Assembly (NCBI GenBank): GCA_001899685.1
Contig: MKWG01000028.1
Location: 54,718 to 118,717, forward strand
Source: Sphingobacteriales bacterium 44-15
Lineage (GTDB): Bacteria > Bacteroidota > Bacteroidia > Chitinophagales > Chitinophagaceae
DNA: 64,000 nt
Reading direction: 5' to 3'
The notes beneath the pieces are model-generated. The model had not been told where the DNA came from and ran no database searches. It saw only the letters and a list, made by a program, of their open reading frames with translations. The position numbers and the translations under genes were made by a program. Numbering within the stretch: the stretch's first letter is position 1; each line of letters begins with the position of its first letter. Of this stretch, positions 16,951 to 26,236 are shown piece by piece.

Positions 16951-19482
16951 ATGCCTGTTAAACAAATCCTTGTTGTTCTTTTCCTGAATATTTCCGTTAT
17001 CAGCTTCGGTCAGAATGCCTCATTATATGGCAGGGTTACCACCGAAGACAATCAACCCGTAAGCCTGATCAGCGTTACCTTATTAAATACCCGTTGGGGG
17101 ACATTAACGAATGAAAACGGTGAATACCGCATACAAAACATCAGGCCCGGTAATTACACCCTGCAATTATCTTTTACGGGAGACATCCGCAAAACACAAC
17201 CGGTTACATTAAGCGCCGGCAGCAGCATGCAGCTTGATCTTACAGTAACAGAGGCATCCAAACAACTGGAAGAAGTGGTGATAGAGACCGGTAAGATCAT
17301 GAACCGGGCTGCCAGCACCGCTAATAAAATGCCGCTAAATACTATGGAAACTCCGCAGGTTGTCCATTCTATTTCCAATGTTATTTTGAGAAAGCAAAAC
17401 GCGATGACGCTCGAAGATGCGATGAAAAACGCGCCGGGGATCAGCAAGCTGTGGGATGCCACGAGCCGTCCCGACGGTGGTTCCATTTTTGTAAGCCGCG
17501 GATTCCAGACAACTACAAAAGTGCGCAATGGCTTGCCCAATATTGTAAATACCAATGTGGAAATGGCCAACCTTGAACGGATTGAAGTGATCAAAGGGCC
17601 TTCCGCCACCATGTTCGGCAGCATTGTATCTTCTTATGGCGGATTGATCAACAGGGTTACCAAAAGACCCAACTTCCATAACGGTGGTTATGCTGATGTT
17701 TCCTATGGAAGCTATAATTTTTACCGCGCTTCGGCAGACGCCAACTTCGTTATTCAGCAGGATAAAATAGCCGCCCGCATAAATGTGGCGGGACAAAACC
17801 AGGATAGCTGGCAGGATGCCGGCTTCCAGAGAAGCTATATTATTGCTCCTTCATTGCTGTTCAGACCAAACAACCGGTTTTCATTGAATATTGATGCTGA
17901 AATTGTAGGCTCCAAAGGAAACAGCAATGGCGGCAATTTTATGTTTGTGCTGCCGCCAGGAACTATCAACAGTGCATTGAGCGGCCTGCTTTTGCAGCAG
18001 GGACTAAATGAGCAGCAGGTAAGCGCCATCATGTCGCAGGCGCCGCAAACTTTTAAGCAGGCGTATGGTACCGATAAAATAAATGAATTAAAAACCAGCT
18101 ATGATCGTTCTTTCCTGTCCAACGACATCTATCCTACCACGCAATCCAATGCTTTTTTCGCCGAGGCATCTTATAAAATATCCCGGCACTGGACATCGCA
18201 AACTGCCGTTACCTACAGCAACAGCCACAACAAAGGATATTCTCCTTTTCAGTACCTGCTGCCCAATTACCTAGGGCATTTTATAAACTCAATGCTAACT
18301 ACAGGCATACCTGATTTCGGAACGCCGGGTCATGACAGTATTGGCAGGATGGTTTGGAGCCCGGTAGGCACAACCAATACTTTTGATGTGCAGCAGAACT
18401 TTATTTCCGACTACCAGATAGGTAAAGTGAGAAACCGTGCCATCATAGGAGTAGACTATGCCTATTACAAATCGTATGTAACCTATAACCGTATTTATGG
18501 AACCCTGTTTGGCGTAGTTCCTTATCCTGACCTTTTTGATGTAATAGATATACAGGGCAGTTCGTCCAAGATGGATGATTTCAATAAAACAAATGTGCTG
18601 AATGCTTTCCAGACCAGGCAGTCTGATCCCTTACCTTATAATCAAAAATCCGGCGTGTTCAGCGGGTTCATCAATAACGTTACCAACATTACAGACTACC
18701 TGATCGTGTCTGCAGGTATAAGGATGGACAATTTCCGCAATATCCTGTTGAAGGAAGATCAAACCAAGTGGTCGCCCAAATTCGGTTTGATACTGATGCC
18801 GGTAAAGGACAGGCTGACTGTATTTGCCAACTACCAGAACAGCTTCACCAATAAGTTTGGAGCAGACAAAAACAATAAGCCTTTTGTGCCGGAGGAAGCC
18901 AATCAAAAGGAAATAGGTATTAAATACAATCTCTTTAAAAACAAGCTGACAGGCAGCATCAGCTATTATGATATCCTTGCGAAAAATATTATCCGTGGGG
19001 ATATCAGCGATCCTATGTTTAACATACAGGACGGTAAGCAGAAGAGCAAAGGAGTGGAAGTGGAAATTGTGGCCAATCCTGTTATCGGCTGGACGCTGTT
19101 ATTGGGTTATGGTTATAATGACAGCAAATACCTGAAAGCAGATGCCGATGTAGAAGGATTGCGCCCCGTCGGATCCGGGCCTGCAAATACGCTCAACTTC
19201 TGGACTAACTACACTTTTACTACCACTGCGTTGAAAGGGCTGGGCGCCGGTCTGAGTATAAACTATGCGGGCAAATCCTATGCATTCAATCAAAAACCGG
19301 ATGGCGTATTGATCCTTCCTGCGTACACGATTGCGGGCGCTCATATTACCTATGATACAAAGCGCTACCGACTCGGTGTAAAGATCAACAATATCACCAA
19401 TGAAAAATACTGGATGGGGTGGAGCAATTATATCCCGCAAATGAAGAGACAACTGATCGGCACTGTTGCCATTAAATTCTAA
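16951..19482 (+). CDS. TonB-dependent siderophore-type receptor with an N-terminal carboxypeptidase-regulatory-like domain
   Basis: Signal peptide, CarbopepD_reg-like SLYGRVTTEDNQPV...GEYRIQNIRPGNYTL, plug motifs (IEVIKGPSATMFG), and the C-terminal barrel ending in F. Confidence 0.9.
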   Translation: MPVKQILVVLFLNISVISFGQNASLYGRVTTEDNQPVSLISVTLLNTRWGTLTNENGEYRIQNIRPGNYTLQLSFTGDIRKTQPVTLSAGSSMQLDLTVTEASKQLEEVVIETGKIMNRAASTANKMPLNTMETPQVVHSISNVILRKQNAMTLEDAMKNAPGISKLWDATSRPDGGSIFVSRGFQTTTKVRNGLPNIVNTNVEMANLERIEVIKGPSATMFGSIVSSYGGLINRVTKRPNFHNGGYADVSYGSYNFYRASADANFVIQQDKIAARINVAGQNQDSWQDAGFQRSYIIAPSLLFRPNNRFSLNIDAEIVGSKGNSNGGNFMFVLPPGTINSALSGLLLQQGLNEQQVSAIMSQAPQTFKQAYGTDKINELKTSYDRSFLSNDIYPTTQSNAFFAEASYKISRHWTSQTAVTYSNSHNKGYSPFQYLLPNYLGHFINSMLTTGIPDFGTPGHDSIGRMVWSPVGTTNTFDVQQNFISDYQIGKVRNRAIIGVDYAYYKSYVTYNRIYGTLFGVVPYPDLFDVIDIQGSSSKMDDFNKTNVLNAFQTRQSDPLPYNQKSGVFSGFINNVTNITDYLIVSAGIRMDNFRNILLKEDQTKWSPKFGLILMPVKDRLTVFANYQNSFTNKFGADKNNKPFVPEEANQKEIGIKYNLFKNKLTGSISYYDILAKNIIRGDISDPMFNIQDGKQKSKGVEVEIVANPVIGWTLLLGYGYNDSKYLKADADVEGLRPVGSGPANTLNFWTNYTFTTTALKGLGAGLSINYAGKSYAFNQKPDGVLILPAYTIAGAHITYDTKRYRLGVKINNITNEKYWMGWSNYIPQMKRQLIGTVAIKF

Positions 19483-19495
19483 ATTTTATATCCCC

Positions 19496-19903
19496 ATGCA
19501 ATCTCAACTACGCGCAGCTATACTCTGGTTTTTACTGGTTTTCTGTTATCTTATTCACGGGTATTATCACCTGGCAGAATTATTTTTTGGTGTAGACATT
19601 AAAGTGCCGGATGCAAAAGGGGCTGTACCTGTATCTGCACATCTTTTTAGTGTGTTCATTGAAATACTGCCACTGGCGTTAGGGCTTTTAAGTCTTTATA
19701 AAACAGCAAAATGGCTGCAATGGGTGAGCTTTATTTTCGCGATATTACTTGGATTGCTGAACCTGGTGCATCTTGGTGGCACAATTGCCAAAGAAGCCGG
19801 GGAGATAAGGCAGGTAGCATTGCTTACTTTCATACTTGTTGTAAATATCCTGCTGATAAGGGAAACCAACCGGCAAAGAAAAGGTATTGCCGTTGCAGGA
19901 TGA
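19496..19903 (+). CDS. hypothetical 4-TM membrane protein
   Basis: ATG at 19496 with four hydrophobic segments. Its TGA stop (19901-19903) is in frame with the downstream PepSY ORF. Confidence 0.5.
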   Translation: MQSQLRAAILWFLLVFCYLIHGYYHLAELFFGVDIKVPDAKGAVPVSAHLFSVFIEILPLALGLLSLYKTAKWLQWVSFIFAILLGLLNLVHLGGTIAKEAGEIRQVALLTFILVVNILLIRETNRQRKGIAVAG

Positions 19904-20053
19904 ATTGCAAGACCTGTTACCGAAGCGCATAAGCCACCGGAAAAAAATAATAGTAAAAGCAGGAAAGGGCTTCGCTGGGCGCTGCATCAAAAAAGATGGT
20001 TTGGCAAATGGCACCTGTATCTTGGTATCATTGCCGGCGCTGTTTTATGTATA

Positions 20054-21487
20054 GTGGGGCTAACGGGTAGCATCCTTGTTTTCCAGGATGAAATTGATGT
20101 GGCGCTTAATAAAAACCTGTTTGAATCTTTAAAGGGGCAAAAAAGGTATAGCATTGATGAGGTCATACCGGTGGTGCAGCAAAAATATCCTGACAGGAAA
20201 TTTGACTATGTTTTTCAAACCGATGAAGAAAATCCGAATGCTACCTACCGCTTTTATAATTTCACCACAGAGGAAGAGTTTTTCGTTAATCCTTATACGG
20301 CTGAACTGTGCGGCAAAAGGCTGATCAACAGTTCGTTTATCAGGATAGTGATGAATATTCACCGCACCCTGCTGATACCTGCAGCCGGGAGATATATTGT
20401 AGGATTTGCTACACTGGGCATGCTGATACTTACCATCAGCGGACTGCGGTTGTGGGTGCCGCAGCAATATAAAAAATGGAAGCAGTGGAGGGCGGCGCTG
20501 ACAGTGAATTTTAAGGCAGGCTTTAAGCGGCAGAACTACGACTGGCATAATGTGCTGGGCTTTTATTCAGCCCCGGTTATTATCCTGCTTTCCATTACAG
20601 GATTTGCCATTACATTCAGCACTGTATTTATTGCTTTTTTGTTTATGCTTACCGGGCAGTCGCCACAATCTGTTGCCGGCATTTTTGGTCAGAAGTCGGC
20701 GTATACACAGGGTGCAAAAAGGCTTTCAGCAACAGAAGTAGCGAAGATCGCTTCGGCGGAAATGCCCAAAGCTCAATTGCTGGGTATTGCTGTTCCGGCA
20801 GACAGCAGCATGGTATACAGGCTGGATCTTAAATCAGACGGACCTGCAAGAAGCGGCAACAGGATCATGCTGATGGTTGACCAGTATACCGGCAAAATAG
20901 TATTGAACAGCGAAACAGATTTCCCGAATATAGGCAACTCCTACCTGTCGTGGCTTACACCTGTTCACTTTGGTACTTTCGGCGGTATGCCTACACGTAT
21001 ACTGGCATTGCTTGGCGGTCTGATGCCGCTCCTGCTGTACATCACCGGTTTTATCACCTGGTGGCCACGCTATCAAAAGCAAACCGCTAAAGCCACCTAT
21101 GTTGCACCTAAGCCTAACAGGGCAGAGCAGCAACTTAATGCCATCCGCGAAGGAAAGCTTAGCCGCTATTCCGGATTTTACTTTAAAAAGGGCATCAGGT
21201 ATGCATTACTGTTATTAGCGGCAGCTTTTGTAGCCGGCGCCCTGTATGGACTGGTATCCGGGATCATCATCCAGCCGGCTTTGTTCTCGGTGCTTTATAC
21301 CGGCATTTGTATTATTGTCAACTTTATTATAGCGTTGCTGGCATTCATTGTTAACCTGCTTTTCTTTGCACCCTTCAAACGATCCAAAAGAAATGTATTT
21401 AAATATTTTTCTGTTTCGCTGGCTTTTGTCCTGGTTTTTCTGCCGGTAATTGTTGCTGTTGCCAAATTAAGCAGGAATGTATTTTAG
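20054..21487 (+). CDS. PepSY-associated TM-helix protein (PiuB-like, siderophore-associated); 5' end unresolved
   Basis: Typical architecture and motifs. However, the expected first TM helix (WFGKWHLYLGIIAGAVLCIVGLTG) is encoded at 19904-20053, upstream of the first canonical start (GTG 20054). Confidence 0.75.
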   Translation: MGLTGSILVFQDEIDVALNKNLFESLKGQKRYSIDEVIPVVQQKYPDRKFDYVFQTDEENPNATYRFYNFTTEEEFFVNPYTAELCGKRLINSSFIRIVMNIHRTLLIPAAGRYIVGFATLGMLILTISGLRLWVPQQYKKWKQWRAALTVNFKAGFKRQNYDWHNVLGFYSAPVIILLSITGFAITFSTVFIAFLFMLTGQSPQSVAGIFGQKSAYTQGAKRLSATEVAKIASAEMPKAQLLGIAVPADSSMVYRLDLKSDGPARSGNRIMLMVDQYTGKIVLNSETDFPNIGNSYLSWLTPVHFGTFGGMPTRILALLGGLMPLLLYITGFITWWPRYQKQTAKATYVAPKPNRAEQQLNAIREGKLSRYSGFYFKKGIRYALLLLAAAFVAGALYGLVSGIIIQPALFSVLYTGICIIVNFIIALLAFIVNLLFFAPFKRSKRNVFKYFSVSLAFVLVFLPVIVAVAKLSRNVF

Positions 21488-21770
21488 TGTTATCCGGTAC
21501 GTTGTTCGTATGATATATATAGCGTTGCTCAAACGTGAAATGAGATATATTGTCAACAAGATGTTTATTTGCTGGATCTCTTACCGGTAAAAGGTCACAG
21601 CAGAAACCACAGAGTACTTTTTGGAGGTTTTGAATACATTACGATTTACTCGCTTAAAATCAGAGAATATTTATGCCTTTTTGACAAGGCAGGAAATAAA
21701 AAAAACCCGTCAATACTGTATTTGAGGGCTTTTCGAAGCAGATGGGAGAAGCAATGTTACTATTTATGCA

Positions 21771-22328
21771 ATGCTAACTACTAAAGCCAATTTGAAAACG
21801 GTAGCTTTTTCCACTAATGCCGGAATGTTTCTGGATAGCAATAAAACCTATTCAACGGAAGCGACTATTGAGGGCACCCAATTAGTAGCCAAGGCAGTTT
21901 TAATAACCGGACTTGAAACTACTGATCAGGTTCACGTTAAAGTGTCAGTACCCAAGGTAGATCGGGTTATTCCTCTCAGGTTTGTAAATGCATATCCCGA
22001 TTCAATCAATATTCAATCGCCGGCAGGAAGTATAGTTAGAGAATTTGGGTCCTCTATACCCTTAAATATATTTTTATTGAGAACAATGGGGATTCCCAGT
22101 TTGCATCAAACGATTAAACTTAATGCTGTCAAATCTGACAATTCAGAGATCAGCTTGGATATAGATGAAATGGATCCAAGCGGTTCTGATCAAAGAGGGC
22201 TAATCAAAGCGAATCTCATTTTAAAAGACACTACCTACACAGGCCCAATACATATTATTGCAAGAGCACAGGGAAAACTAAATACGTTATCGGATTCTTT
22301 AACAATTTTTATAACTGATAAAAAATAG
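21771..22328 (+). CDS. hypothetical protein (beta-rich, possibly an Ig-like domain fragment)
   Basis: 185-aa ATG ORF with no signal peptide, in AT-rich surroundings. It may be a truncated remnant. Confidence 0.35.
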   Translation: MLTTKANLKTVAFSTNAGMFLDSNKTYSTEATIEGTQLVAKAVLITGLETTDQVHVKVSVPKVDRVIPLRFVNAYPDSINIQSPAGSIVREFGSSIPLNIFLLRTMGIPSLHQTIKLNAVKSDNSEISLDIDEMDPSGSDQRGLIKANLILKDTTYTGPIHIIARAQGKLNTLSDSLTIFITDKK

Positions 22329-22332
22329 TAAA

Positions 22333-22566
22333 ATGGAAGACAAAAAATTGCAGGAAGCATTGAAGACTATTATTGAAATATTTTCCCAAAACACAAAAGA
22401 AGACATTATTTCAATAAGTTCTATTCAGTTTGTAATTAAAGGCAATGCTGACAATTTAGAAAAAAAGGGAAACCAAAAGTCTTTTGCAATAAAAAGCGAA
22501 CAGCCGGTCCCATCGTTTTTACCGATGTCCTGTGTGTTTATCAACGATCAGGTATTTTGTGGCTAA
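22333..22566 (+). CDS. hypothetical small protein
   Basis: 77-aa ATG ORF 4 nt after the preceding stop. Confidence 0.3.
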   Translation: MEDKKLQEALKTIIEIFSQNTKEDIISISSIQFVIKGNADNLEKKGNQKSFAIKSEQPVPSFLPMSCVFINDQVFCG

Positions 22567-22962
22567 TTTTACTCTGAAGATTCTTATATAAAGTCATACA
22601 GACATTGGCAGCAATTTAGTATTTGGGTATAACAATAAAGCATACCCTGGAAATGGCATAACTGTTGTAACAAGCCGTTTCGGCATTGAAAGCACATAAA
22701 GCGAAGTTCTGACGGTCAGGATCAAGCTATCACTTTTAGAAAGGTAAGGTTTATCCTCGCTTTCATGGCAGTGGTTGATTTTGCGATCCGGTGCTCCCGG
22801 CCTTTTTGCAGCTCACCCTTCATCAGCAGCCCCCCTGCTCCGGTGTTATGGAATACTGTTGCCTGTGATCTGCCTTACTACGAAAATCAAAGCTTCTTTG
22901 CTGCCCGAGGCTTACAGATAATGCAAACCGGATTATTGATACGAGTTGCCATTGGGACTTAA

Positions 22963-23523
22963 TCAATTCTTTATAAGCGATCGAACATGTTTTGTAATGC
23001 TTCTTATGGCAATGGCCAATTGTGCATCAATCGTTTTTACAGAAACATTCAGTATTGCTGCTATTTCTTTATATCTAAGTCCATCTTGTTTGGCCAGCTG
23101 ATATATATTCTTGCATCTTGGAGGCAATGCTTTTACTGCGTCGGCATAACACTTCAGTAGTTCGGTATTTAATAAAATGTCCTCCGGGCTTAAAACAGTT
23201 TCTTCAGACAAAATCTGGAGTTCATACATATCAGCATGTTGTGTATTGCTCAACCTGGTGGTCTTTCTGATTGCTATATTTCTTGTGGTTATATAGATAT
23301 AGCTGGAAAAGTTATCAATTTCAATAAGCCTCGCCCTGTTTCGCCATATATTGATAAAAACATCCGACACTACATCCTCTGCAATATGTTTATCCCTGAC
23401 AATGCCCAGCGCAAACCTGTGAAGCTTCTGGTAGTATGAATTAAATAATTCCTCGAAGGCTGCTTTATCATTCAAAACAGCCACCCGTTCTACCAGCATT
23501 TGTATTTTTATGTCATGTTCCAT
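22963..23523 (-). CDS. ECF-type RNA polymerase sigma-70 factor
   Basis: Region 2 (DVVSDVFINIWRNR) and region 4 (YKEIAAILNVSVKTIDAQLAIA) motifs. Confidence 0.9.
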   Translation of the reverse strand: MEHDIKIQMLVERVAVLNDKAAFEELFNSYYQKLHRFALGIVRDKHIAEDVVSDVFINIWRNRARLIEIDNFSSYIYITTRNIAIRKTTRLSNTQHADMYELQILSEETVLSPEDILLNTELLKCYADAVKALPPRCKNIYQLAKQDGLRYKEIAAILNVSVKTIDAQLAIAIRSITKHVRSLIKN

Positions 23524-23619
23524 TTCTCTGGAGGGATAGGGTATATAATATCGCTCACTCTGCTATATTTCAACAAAACAATCGTAAAATATTGTTCATC
23601 ATGTCTATCTGATTATATG

Positions 23620-23645
23620 AAAAAAGGAGATGTTTTTGCATCTCC
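23620..23645 (-). terminator. rho-independent terminator between the lipoprotein gene and the sigma gene
   Basis: The minus strand reads GGAGAUG-CAAAAA-CAUCUCC followed by U6. Confidence 0.55.
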
Positions 23646-23721
23646 GTCTTTGCCGGGTTTACTAATTGTCGGGTTTGTGAAAAATATCAATCATGTGTTT
23701 TAAAATAAAAGGGGTTAGGGT

Positions 23722-24402
23722 TTATTTCCTTTCCGGCGTTCTTATAATTATTTGTTTTGCGTAGTTAAAATCTTTCGTCGGGTTCACAACAGCGTCATCT
23801 ATGCGGGCGCCGGTTACAATAAAATATGTAGTGTTCCATTTCAGCCCCGTAATAGTGTAGGTGAAAGTTCCATTGTTAGCTCCCGCCTCGGGAGTGTACA
23901 TATTTCTGTTTCCGCCCGGATAGGTGTTGGCTGTAGGTTTTGGCGAGGTGCTCCATGCAATTGCATGAAATGCAGGTACTTTTCCTTTGTTACCATTAAT
24001 AGAATAACTAACGGTAACCGTAGTATCCTGGACCGATACCAGGCGCTGCTGCACCGAGATCCACGGCTCAATCACCAGTTTGACTTCATTGGTTGAACCG
24101 GCGGACAGACTGACTTTGGCAGAGTCACTGGTGAAAGCCGCCTTAATCGAACCATAAATGGTGTAATCACCCGGAAGGATTTTTACGTTCGTAAAATATC
24201 CTGATGTATCAATATTTAAGGAACCATTAACCGACTTAGCCGGGCTTAAAGTAATGCTTCCTACGTCTAAAGTAGTATTGGTAAATTTATCAACAAAACT
24301 TCCTTTTAGCACAGCATACTCCGGTTCCACGCTGTATTTATAACAGGACGATGCAATAGCAAACCCTGCGATGGCTATCAGATATTTTAAACTAAGTTTC
24401 AT
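23722..24402 (-). CDS. PUL-associated surface lipoprotein (DUF3823-like by recollection)
   Basis: Lipoprotein signal ...GFAIASSC, beta-sandwich-like sequence, position directly after susD. Confidence 0.6.
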   Translation of the reverse strand: MKLSLKYLIAIAGFAIASSCYKYSVEPEYAVLKGSFVDKFTNTTLDVGSITLSPAKSVNGSLNIDTSGYFTNVKILPGDYTIYGSIKAAFTSDSAKVSLSAGSTNEVKLVIEPWISVQQRLVSVQDTTVTVSYSINGNKGKVPAFHAIAWSTSPKPTANTYPGGNRNMYTPEAGANNGTFTYTITGLKWNTTYFIVTGARIDDAVVNPTKDFNYAKQIIIRTPERK

Positions 24403-24453
24403 TTAATTACATTTTACGTTTTACAATCACTTCTTTTAAAGCAGCAACAGGCG

Positions 24454-26226
24454 CTACCATAGCGGGTTTTGAGCCAGCTTAGGATTAAGTTGCAATTGAG
24501 CCTTTGGCAAGGGAAGAAAATAAAATTTCTCCAGGAATACCGGTGGATATGTAATATCATGGCGGCTGGTTACTACGGTGAATGTATAATCGCTTCCGTT
24601 TGCTGTAGGCGGTGTATTTGCTTTCTTTTGAATTGAAATACAATGCGTTGGCTGGCTTAAAACAGTTTCCGACAATCGCCAGCGTCTCAAGTCCCAGTAT
24701 CTTTTATTTTCAAACGCAAACTCAATAAACCGTTCATTTTGGAGAAAGGAGCGCATTTGAGCGACCGATAATCCGGCAGGTACGCCATACAATCCATCGG
24801 ATCCTGCTTCAATACCGGCTCTTTGCCTTATTTGCTTTAATATCTCATAGGCAGCATCTGTATTTCCTGTTTCATTTTCGGACTCAGCATAATTCATCAA
24901 TACTTCAGCCAGTCTCATTTCAATCCAGTTGGAATAACTCCCTCTTCCATAAAAATAATTTTTAGTCACCAACAACCTTGCATCCATGCCTTTTCTTAAA
25001 TAATAACCGGTTCCTGTTGCATAAAATCCATTTAATTGATTAGGGTTGTACATATAATTTCCCGGTACATTTGCACCCTCGCTGAGATAGGTATAAGTAG
25101 GTGTGCCGCCAAAAGACGAATCTCCATTAGTAATTGCAGTGGCTTTAAGCCTGGGATCACGGTGCACATAAGGATCATTAGGGTCATAGCCGGAGGTTGG
25201 GTCTGTTATCGCCTTACCATTCAACATAGGAAAGGACTCCACCAATTCCTCTGTAGGACAGTTGGCGACACCATCACCCTGCAACTGGTACCAGGAGTGG
25301 TTTGCGGCATCAAATCCATGCTCCTTTTTTCCCAGTACAAATTCAACCTGCCATATGGTTTCTTTTGAATCTTTATTAAAATACCATTGTCCAAAATCAC
25401 TTGACGTACCCAAACTGTATGCATTAAGATCTATCAATGCTTTGGCCGAAGTAGATGCATCTTTCCAGTATTGGGGATTATTGGATGGGTTGAATAAGGG
25501 GCTGGCCCTGTTAATCATTACCCTGCTTAGCAGTCCCAGCGCGGCGCCTTTTGTAATCATACCCCGCTGAGCCGCTACTACGGGTAATAGTGTTGCGGCT
25601 TCCTCCAGGTCTTTTTTAATAAACTGAAAACATTCTTCCTGGGAGTTTCTGGCGCCATACAGCTCGGGCGAATTTTCATCCAGCACCTTATCAACAATGG
25701 GCACGCCACCAAATACCTGCACCATACGCCAGTACCGGTAGGCACGCCAGAATTTCAATTGCCCTGTTAATCCGTTCCGTTCGTCTATTGTACTCTGTGC
25801 AGAACCATCGGGCAATATATAAAGTGTATTGATTTTTTCAAGAAGTTCATTAATCTGCCGGATAGTATTATAAGGCCATAACTGGAAAGGGGCCAGGTCA
25901 ACAGTAAATGAAACACCATTGTTAATACCATTGGTTGCAGTCGAATAGGTTAAGGTCGGACGGGCTTCGTCTGAAATAATGCCAACCATATATCTGAATT
26001 CCCGTGTATTAGGAAAAGAGCCACCATAGTTATCAGGCTCAGCAATAGAATAGATATAATTTATAGCTACCTGTATAGCTTTAGGGTCGCCGAAGATATC
26101 TTCCTGGTTTACTTCTGATACATTTTTCACATCTAATACTTTTGTACAGGATGTGATACAAACCATGGTAAAGATTATCATCGCAATATAAAGCCCCTTA
26201 TTATCATTTTTATTGGTAGTAGTCAT
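24454..26226 (-). CDS. susD: RagB/SusD-family nutrient-binding lipoprotein
   Basis: The ATG at 26226 gives a lipoprotein signal (...MIIFTMVCITSC). C-terminal FAFENKRYWDLRRW SusD motif. It starts 10 nt after the susC stop. Confidence 0.9.
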   Translation of the reverse strand: MTTTNKNDNKGLYIAMIIFTMVCITSCTKVLDVKNVSEVNQEDIFGDPKAIQVAINYIYSIAEPDNYGGSFPNTREFRYMVGIISDEARPTLTYSTATNGINNGVSFTVDLAPFQLWPYNTIRQINELLEKINTLYILPDGSAQSTIDERNGLTGQLKFWRAYRYWRMVQVFGGVPIVDKVLDENSPELYGARNSQEECFQFIKKDLEEAATLLPVVAAQRGMITKGAALGLLSRVMINRASPLFNPSNNPQYWKDASTSAKALIDLNAYSLGTSSDFGQWYFNKDSKETIWQVEFVLGKKEHGFDAANHSWYQLQGDGVANCPTEELVESFPMLNGKAITDPTSGYDPNDPYVHRDPRLKATAITNGDSSFGGTPTYTYLSEGANVPGNYMYNPNQLNGFYATGTGYYLRKGMDARLLVTKNYFYGRGSYSNWIEMRLAEVLMNYAESENETGNTDAAYEILKQIRQRAGIEAGSDGLYGVPAGLSVAQMRSFLQNERFIEFAFENKRYWDLRRWRLSETVLSQPTHCISIQKKANTPPTANGSDYTFTVVTSRHDITYPPVFLEKFYFLPLPKAQLQLNPKLAQNPLW

Positions 26227-26236
26227 TGATGATGGT

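Noticed and set aside
17154-19452. Multiple 90-156-aa ORFs antisense to, or out of frame within, the TonB-dependent receptor gene (for example 17154-17624, 17335-17796, 18631-18906, 19099-19452).
   Set aside because: They lie entirely inside a strongly supported 843-aa gene, have no recognisable motifs and have odd composition. They are typical shadow ORFs. The same reasoning applies to shadow ORFs inside the SusC/SusD, GH20, NPP and other large genes (for example 28590-28976, 47918-48385, 54587-55174).
19901-19903. Selenocysteine or another recoding of the in-frame TGA between the 4-TM ORF and the PepSY ORF.
   Set aside because: I see no convincing SECIS-like hairpin directly downstream. 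TGA serves as an ordinary stop for neighbouring genes (for example pstC, pstA and the esterase). The position is a linker rather than an active site. An indel or an atypical start is more parsimonious.
21569-22962. ORFs 21569-21784 and 22765-22962 in AT-rich or odd-composition intergenic DNA.
   Set aside because: They have implausible amino-acid composition, no start context and no motifs. They are probably non-coding or remnants.
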